Positions 41,101-50,100 of a DNA stretch of 64,000 nt are shown here, one piece after another (the stretch's first letter is position 1; every line of letters starts with the position of its first letter). Location of the stretch: positions 30,814,001-30,878,000 of the forward strand of contig NC_047025.1 in NCBI RefSeq assembly GCF_902652985.1, read 5' to 3'. Both the position numbers and the translations under genes were made by a program. The DNA is from Pecten maximus. Lineage: Eukaryota. The notes below the pieces were generated by a model, which made no database searches, had not been told where the DNA came from, and saw nothing but the letters and a program-made list of their open reading frames with translations.

Positions 41101-44100
41101 TTATTTTTCCTACATGAATTTGTACATAGTTAAGCACCGATATCGTGTTGGTTTTTGTTCAATTCCTGATAGATAAGTTATGTTTAAGGTTTGCAAGTAT
41201 TTCCCTCCAGAAAAAAATCACTTGTTTCACTCTAACTGCCGTGTTCCAAAAAATAAGACAAAAATTCAATTCGTTACATAATTGCATATCATGGCGGTTA
41301 GGTAAAATACTGGGAAAATACATATTAAATCGCTATAATATTAAAGTTTAAATTAAATCATTGCTTTATTCCACATACACGTGTCTATAACACAAAATTT
41401 TAGCCTAACCCTATTGACTTGCAATTATGTAACGAAAGTTTTGAATTCGTTACATAATTGCATCTGACCGCGGTTAGAGTGAAATCGTCTTACTATTATT
41501 GCAGAGAAAACAAAATAAAACATTAAATACAAGTTATCTGTAGTGATTTAACACAAAAATAAACTGTTATTACTGTTAAAAAATCTAACCCTGACTATGT
41601 GCAATTATGTAACGAATTCGAATTCGTTACATAATTGCACATGCTCAGGGTTAGATATTTTAACAGTAATAACTGTGTTTTTCTTGTTTAAAACACGATA
41701 GATTACTTGCAATTAATGTTTGCTGTCGTATTTTTGCAATATTAACACGATTTGGGTCTAACCGCAGTGAAATGCAATTATGTAACGAATTCGAATTTGT
41801 TACATAACTGCATTTGACCGCGGTTAAAGTGAAATAGTCTTAATATCGCAGAGAAAACAAAATAAAACATTAAATACAAGTTATCTGTAGTGATTTAACA
41901 CAAAAATAAACTGTTATTACTGTTAAGAAATCTAACCCTGACTATGTGCAATTATGTAACGAATTCGAATTCGTTACATAATTGCACATGCTCAGGGTTA
42001 GATATTTTAACATTAATAACTGTGTTTATTTTCTTTAAAACACGATAGATGACTTTTATTTAATGTTTGCTGTCGTTTTCTTTGCAATATTAAGACGTTT
42101 TGAGTCTAACCGCGGTGAAATGCAATTATGTAACGAATTCGAATTCGTTACATAATTGCATGGCACTGCGGTTAGGTTATTATAGTTGATATGTTACATT
42201 CTTGTACCAATAGAATACAATAAAAGCATTTAAAGAGACGTTTTCCTGCTGATAAACATTTGTTTCACTATATTTAATCTAACCCTGATGGGTTGCAATT
42301 ATGTAACGAATTCGAATTCGTTACATAATTGCACATGCTCAGGGTTAGATTTTTTTACAGTAATAACTGTGTTTTTCTTGTTTAAAACACGATAGATTAC
42401 TTGCAATTAATGTTTGCTGTCGTATTTTTGCAATATTAACACGATTTGGGTCTAACCGCAGTGAAATGCAATTATGTAACAAATTCGAATTCGTTACATA
42501 ATTGCATTTGACCGCGGTTAAAGTGAAATAGTCTTAATATCGCAGAGAAAACAAAATAAAACATTAAATACAAGTTATCTGTAGTGATTTAACACAAAAA
42601 TAAACTGTTATTACTGTTAAGAAATCTAACCCTGACTATGTGCAATTATGTAACGAATTCGAATTCGTTACATAATTGCACATGCTCAGGGTTAGATATT
42701 TTAACATTAATAACTGTGTTTATTTTCTTTAAAACACGATAGATGACTTTTATTTAATGTTTGCTGTCGTTTTCTTTGCAATATTAAGACGTTTTGAGTC
42801 TAACCGCGGTGAAATGCAATTATGTAACGAATTCGAATTCGTTACATAATTGCATGGCACTGCGGTTAGGTTATTATAGTTGATATGTTACATTCTTGTA
42901 CCAATAGAATACAATAAAAGCATTTAAAGAGACGTTTTCCTGCTGATAAACATTTGTTTCACTATATTTAATCTAACCCTGATGGGTTGCAATTATGTAA
43001 CGAATTCGAATTCGTTACATAATTGCACATGCTCAGGGTTAGATTTTTTTACAGTAATAACTGTGTTTTTCTTGTTTAAAACACGATAGATTACTTGCAA
43101 TTAATGTTTGCTGTCGTATTTTTGCAATATTAACACGATTTGGGTCTAACCGCAGTGAAATGCAATTATGTAACGAATTCGAATTTGTTACATAACTGCA
43201 TTTGACCGCGGTTAAAGTGAAATAGTCTTAATATCGCAGAGAAAACAAAATAAAACATTAAATACAAGTTATCTGTAGTGATTTAACATAGAAATATACT
43301 GTTATTACTGTTAAAAAATGTAACCCTGACTATATGCAATTATGTAACGTATTCGAATTCGTTACATAATTGCACATGCTCAGGGTTAGATATTTTAACA
43401 TTAATAACTGTGTTTATTTTCTTTAAAACACGATAGATGACTTTTATTTAATGTTTGCTGTCGTTTTCTTTGCAATATTAAGACGTTTTGAGTCTAACCG
43501 CGGTGAAATGCAATTATGTAACGAATTCGAATTCGTTACATAATTGCATGGCACTGCGGTTAGGTTATTATAGTTGATATGTTACATTCTTGTACCAATA
43601 GAATACAATAAAAGCATTTAAAGAGACGTTTTCCTGCTGATAAACATTTGTTTCACTATATTTAATCTAACCCTGATGGGTTGCAATTATGTAACGAATT
43701 CAATTCGTTACATAATTGCACACGGTCAGGGTTAGATTTTTCAACGTTAATAAATGTTTATTTTTATGTTTAAACACGACAGATAACTTTTATTTAATGT
43801 TTGATTTTGTTTTCATTGCGATATTCAGACTATTTCACTCTAACCGCGGTCAAATGCAATTATGTAACGAATTCAAACTTTCGTTACATAATTGCAAATC
43901 AATAGGGTTTGGGTAAAGTGGTGTGTTATAGACACGTATATGTGAAATAAAACAATGATTTAATATAATCTTGAATATTATAATGACTTAATGTATATTT
44001 ATCCATTATTTTACCTAACCGCCGTGACATGCAATTATGTAACGAATTGAATTTTTGTCTTACTTTTCCCTAAAAGCAGTTTTACAAATTTGAGAACCAA

Positions 44101-47100
44101 TATCACGCAAATTTCTTCTCAACACATCATCAATAAGTAATTTCGAACATTTTCGCGTCCTTTCCACTTTCCTATAGAAGTTTTACCCTATTTTTTCGAT
44201 GCCATTTAGATTAAATGATTATGTTGCACGTTTGTGCATTGTTGTATTGCAAAGAAAACAACATAAAACATTAAATAAAAGCCTAGCCCTGATAATGTGC
44301 AATACTGTGTATTTGCCCTTAAATAGAAACAAATTAAGCTTTATCCAATATTTCACGTTGTTTTCCTTGCAGTATTTAAGTTATTTCTCCTTTGGAGGTT
44401 AGGTCAAAACAATCATTCAGAATTATAAATAAAAAGAGTTTTCTTTCTAACAGTGCTTTTATTTAAAGACTGTTTTACAATAAAAAATGAACGTTATTAA
44501 CCATTCCGCACGTACTGGAGAAGACTGTTTTACAAGCAGAAATGAAAGTTAGTAACCATTCTACATGTTAGGCGGAACGAGTGCCGAGTAGATGGTGTAC
44601 ATAAGACCATTCTGAAGATTGTACATCATCAGCTGCTGGACTTCGTCCTGACGGTACATCAGAAGGGTTCCATACCCCCCAATAATAATATCCTCCAGGT
44701 AGTGGAATTCATTTTCAGAGCAGAAATGGCTAGCATTGGTGAAATCCAGATTGGAATCATACATTACTATTGCTACTGGATGGGCCATCTTGATACTAAT
44801 GAATACCCTTTACTTCTGAAGGGTATACCTACCTGCAAAAAGGAGACTCCTAAAGGGAATACCTACATGCAAAAAAGTGATATGCACACATTCATTTGGA
44901 GATTAAAATGGGTTCCCGTTGAGCTATTGGAAAAATAAAATGTGCTTTGGAAAGCTGAGACAGTGTGGTGGTGTTATATGATATCATAATATACATTTGT
45001 ATAATATGTTATTTAGATATTTTAAGTTGAAAGGAAAATATCTCTAAAAGAAAACGAATTCGAATTCGTTACATAATTGCACATGCTCAGGGTTAGATAT
45101 TTTAACATCAATAACTGTGTAATATGGGTGAAAATCATCTTGAATGATTTAACTGAAATGTTTTACGTGGTTGTTCCTGCAATATGTAGCCATTTTCCCT
45201 GTTAATCATATTTTACTCTAAAAACCGCAGCACCATGCCATAATGAAACGGTTCTAATTCGTTAAATAATTGTATCTTGCCATGGTGTGACATTTCAACA
45301 TGATAAATTATGTCATATTAGCTAAGCGCATGCATTTTGTAGGTGAAAATTCAATATTAACTAGAAAATCGGCCTTTTCCACGAGTTGCTAAAAGGTCCC
45401 AAATTGAGTCGCCTCTTGCGACCATGCAACACTCGCGAGTGTTGAGTGAAATCGAGTTAACATTGCATAGAAAACGACAGCAGACATTAAATATGAGTCT
45501 TCTATCGTGTTTTAAACATAAAAAACACAGTTATTAATGTTACAAAATCTAACCCTGAGCATGTGCAATGATGTAACGAATTCAATTCGTTACATAATTG
45601 CACATGTTCAGGGTTAGGTCAAATAATTCCAAAATGAGCATTTTACTAGCGAATTACAAATCCTTTAATGCTTTCATTAAATTAAATTAAATTAAATTAA
45701 ATTGTTTTCAAAAGAAACATGATATGTCACGTATTTAATCCTAGCCCTATTGATTTGCAATTGCAAATTCGTTACAGAATTGCAATCATTGGTGGTTAGG
45801 TCAAAACAATTACTTAGAATTATAAATAGACATCATTTCATTTACGAAAATGTTTTTCTTCATTTATTTATTACAATCAGGCAATATTGACCACATTTCA
45901 AGCTAACCGCGAGATATCGCAATTTTGTAACGAATTCGGAGCAGCGCTGCAATGTGGGCACATGAGGCGTCTAAATTTGGTGCCCAAACTAAATTGTTAA
46001 AAACCGGAAGTAGTGAGAAAAAAATTGTGAACGAACACTTCCACGTGGTATGGTCTGATTAAGTTCATAACTCATTCGTGTTTTTGCGTTTGCTAACGGA
46101 AATACGTCCTCCCTCAATTAGAATTATTATTAATATTGATTGGGAAAAATAGTTATTCAAGTACCAATTATCAAATAAGTACATTTGTGAGTGATAATCT
46201 CATCCACTGGTATTGTGCAGTGATGGGAAAGTGCAAAGGGCCTTCTAAAAAGGGGAAGGGAAAGGCAGTGAAGCCCTCTCCTATACAGAAAAGGGCAAGG
46301 CCAATGAGGAGATTAAGGGGTCATGTATCCCCAGACTTAAGTCATGAGGAAGAAAAGGCCCAGGTTCCAAGTGTGTCAGAACGGGTACAGGACCACGTGG
46401 AGTCAGAGGACATAGTCCCACCTTCCTCTCCAGAGGTTAATCCAAGGCGATTCGATAATGTTAGTGTGCACATTACACTGCTCTCTGAGAAAGTTGGGGC
46501 GGAGGCACCAAGTGTTTTAGAGCCTGGGCCTGCACAAAGGCGTGGCTTAGACCATGCCATCAGAGCAAAAATAAGCGGGTTTATTAAAAGGCATAAGGAG
46601 AGGCATAGGGTGCTGGTGGACGCCCAATCGTATGCAAGTGATTACGATGACGACAGGGACCAAGATTATGATCCTAAGAAAGATGGCGAGCCATCCGATT
46701 CCGAGTCGGAAGTAGATAAGGAAGGGGGCGATGGCGACGAGGAGGCGCAAAAAGACATTAATGATCTCCCTGACCTTCCCACTCTTCCAGTCGAAATCAA
46801 GATCAAGCCTAATTTCACATCTGAAGCAGCCCCAAAAAGGCATTACAAGGTGGTGGCGAGGCGACAGCAATCTGCAGTGAAGCGCCGGCCCAAGAGGGTA
46901 TGCCCTGTTTGCTCAAGAGAGGTAGTTCATGTAGTTCGCCACATGCGCGAAGTGCATGATTTGTTACCGGGCAACGCCAAAAACGAATCCATTAGATCGA
47001 AAGCTGGCAAGGGGCAAACGAAATCTGGGCACTACAAGGAATGTCCTGTTCGCGACTGTCATGCCATAGTGACCCGGATGGATATGCACTTAAAAAGAGT

Positions 47101-50100
47101 GCATCCGGAGATTGGGCAAGCATTTTTTGGAAAAGTATCCAAATTGGCAAAACGTTTCGAGGACAGGGCGGGGGAGATTCCTGAAGTTGTATTGCCAGAG
47201 CCCTCCAGCTCAAGGCAAGAACCATCGACGGAGGAGATCAAACTTAGGGAGGAATTTGAAAACGCCCTCAATTCGAATGTGCCGAAACCATCCACCAATC
47301 AAGTAAACTATCAGGACGTCCCACTGCTTGTAACATTCCGGGAATGGCTCACAAGCCTAGAAAGGGGCAAGAACGCTGCAACTGCCATACAGCATGTAAA
47401 ACAAGCCCTTGCCATATGGCAATCTACGGATAACAGCCCTATTCTGGCTCTAGGTTCATTAACCGAATCTAACGTATCGAAGTACTGGCTTCAGGGAGTC
47501 AGAGATACAATGCAGCCAGGTACTGTTAAATCACACCTAGGCTCGTTGAAGGAATTATGTTCCTTCCTGAAGGCCACCAAGCCTCCGAGCTACAAGGCCG
47601 ATACTGTAAACGACCTGGTGGATGCAATTACCAGGTGGTGCAACACCCTTGGTAAATTATCGAGAAAAAGAGCTGTAGAGAGGTCGGTTAACGATCTGAA
47701 CGAAAAAAATCGACCCTGTAGATGTGGCGAAAGCCATAGCCTCAAATGAAGCAAGGGCAGCGGAACGTTACCTAAATATGGCCGCCAATTGTGAAGCTGT
47801 AGTGACGCGAAATCAGTATGTGAGGTGCCGGAATTACCTGATGTTCCATCTGATTGCAGCCAACGCACAAATATCTGGGGCCATTGCTGCGATGACCCTA
47901 AGGGCCGTGGAATACGCACAAGAGAGGCAGGGGGGCAGGCGCGTCATTCTTGTCGCGAATAAATGACATTGATTCAAGGTCACATGGGTCAAATAGGCAG
48001 TTTCTCCTCAATAACCAAGAGGCCCAGGGACGTGATATTGGGCCTGTAGCATGCTGGGATGTAGGGCTACCAAGTTTGTTCAAATAAATGACCTTGACCT
48101 TCATTCATGGTCACAGGGGATGAAATCAGCTTAAATCTGTTAACAATAATTTTGCGATAGCCAAGAGTCTCTGAAACCTGATATTAGACAAATATTATGC
48201 TGGAATGAAGGACTAGGAAATTTATTTATATGAAAAAGCAAGCATACACTGATATTTGAAAAATGAGGTAATCAGCATAGTATGTGTAGAAAATGATCTC
48301 AATCAACGTCAAAGTTGGTGTAGAGCCAGGTGAGCGATACAGGCCGATTGGGCCTCTTGTTTCATCTTTTATGTTTTTCCACTCTCCCTTCCTCAATCTT
48401 CTTCATTACTTCCTTCTTGCCTTCCTTTTCTCTCTCTCCCCTCCTCTCCCTCTCCCTTCTTCAATATTCTTCCTTCCTTCCTTTCTTCTTGCCTTCATTT
48501 TCTCTCTTTCTCCTCCCTTCCCTCTCCCTTTAATCTTTTTCACTAATTCCTTCCTTCCTTCCTTCCTTCCTTCCTTCCTTCCTTCCTTTACTCCTCCCCC
48601 CTCCCCCCTCTCTCCCTTCCTCAATCTTCTTCACTACTGCATTACTTCCTTCCTTCCTCCCTACACTCCTCTCCCCTCCCCTCCCCTCCCTACCCCATCA
48701 CTATTATCACCTTATACACAATACCTTATTGTTGTCCACAGTGGGTGCAGTGTGACCTGAGGTTTTTTGATATGACTGTCCTGGGTAAGTGTGCTGTAGT
48801 GATGGCTGACCCGCCCTGGGATATCCACATGGAACTTCCGTATGGTACCATGTCTGATGATGAGATGAGGAAACTAGATGTCCCCGGTCTCCAGGACGAT
48901 GGATTCATCTTCCTCTGGGTTACCGGCAGGTTTGTTGTTTTATCCCAAAACGAAATGAAATTTTATTCTGAAATATGTGAATTGAATTTGAAAAAAATAT
49001 ATATATTTGAATTGATTTTAGCTAATGCTGCAGAAGCTATACAATCATATAAATCATAATGGAACTTTGACAATATGACATTCATTTACCCATTGTTCTT
49101 TAACTATTAACATTCTACAGAATCAGTGGTTTTGATTCATGTTAAGCATGTAGCTTACTGGAGTAAAGTGTAACTAACCCATTTCAAGGTCAGAGATGTC
49201 AAAATAGTAGATAATTAATATAAATATGAAAAAAATAAAGAATCAATGCTAACATTTGATTCTGTAGGCAATACTGAAAGATCCTGTTTCTCTTTTTCAC
49301 AGAGCTATGGAGCTGGGAAGAGAATGCCTCGACTTGTGGGGGTGAGTACCTTAAAGTGTCTTCATCAAAATGTGAAAGTCAAAAGTTCCAACAGATGTCA
49401 AAAAAGTAGAACTAGGCTAATAAAAGTTTCCAGAAGACTTACTTTACAATTGATGACATTTTCTTCTTTGAGAATTTCTAAACTAATGTTTATGAAAACA
49501 GTTTAGAACTAGATTTCTTCAAATAGTTTCTCTTGGATGTCTTCCACAATAGTGGTGCATGTCTTAGCACACAGGGGCTCGACACGTTTCTGTGACTCAG
49601 AGTGAAATGTTTAACCTCAGTTTCTGGCCCCCAGATCACTTGTCAAGACCCTGTGTCATAGTATCTTTGTGGGCAGTCTTAGCTTACATTTGTTTTACAT
49701 TTACAAAGATACAAACGTGTTGATGAGGTGATTTGGGTGAAAACAAACCAGCTACAGAGAATCATCCGGACAGGACGGACAGGTCACTGGCTCAACCATG
49801 GAAAGGAACATTGTCTGGTCAGTAAAACACACGGTCAAGGCTTCACTATGACAACCGATGTAAGGTCAAGGCCAGCCAAGTCAATAGTAAAGCTATTACA
49901 GTGTACAGCTGCCAGATACTCACTAGCTTTGGGTTAGATAATTTCAAATCTCAGATATGATTTGTAGTTCCATGTGGTGTTCATAATTATAGTGTATGCA
50001 CATCTTTTTCTAAACTGAACTGAATGACAAAATGGTTACCTCACTGGAATATCTGAAGAAATCATGGCAGGGTGACATGTAAAATCCCTTTTTGTTTTTA

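Larger units (their letters stand above)
39377..47957 (+). mobile_element. 8.6-kb fragment of a tyrosine-recombinase element (palindrome array + orphan ORF + ZnF-YR gene)
   Basis: Sharp junctions with HINE repeats on both sides, no TSD, internal sequence unrelated to the HINE. Confidence 0.8.
38376..48360 (+). mobile_element. Helentron-associated non-autonomous element (HINE/DINE-1-like) with internal ~145-bp tandem repeats, interrupted by an 8.6-kb insertion
   Basis: 5' subTIR TTAGCTCACCT with nearby inverted GTGAGCT, GTCC microsatellite, seven ~145-bp units (38460-39376), array resuming at 47958, 3' subTIR AGGTGAGCG (48328) and terminal hairpin AGGCC-GATTG-GGCCT followed by T. It sits in a polypyrimidine tract. 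Confidence 0.85.

Noticed and set aside
41600-43900. CRISPR array (palindromic repeats with regular spacers)
   Set aside because: Spacers are ~134 bp, homologous to each other and repeated in a 4-unit cycle. There are no cas genes and the context is a eukaryotic intron.
39660-45910. Interstitial telomere repeats (CTAACC/GGTTAG motifs)
   Set aside because: Single isolated hexamers at a fixed position in each unit, never tandem (TTAGGG)n.
46136-46222. N-terminal extension of the 537-aa ORF
   Set aside because: It starts at a TTG in AT-rich sequence ending in an acceptor-like TGCAG. The first ATG is at 46223.
47700-47712. Programmed ribosomal frameshift at the A7 run
   Set aside because: A homopolymer indel (mutation or sequencing error) is simpler, given the other lesions in this copy.
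48293-48760. 155-aa Phe/Leu/Pro/Ser-rich ORF and its antisense Lys/Glu/Gly/Arg ORF
   Set aside because: Translation of the (CCTT)n polypyrimidine tract in the METTL3 intron.
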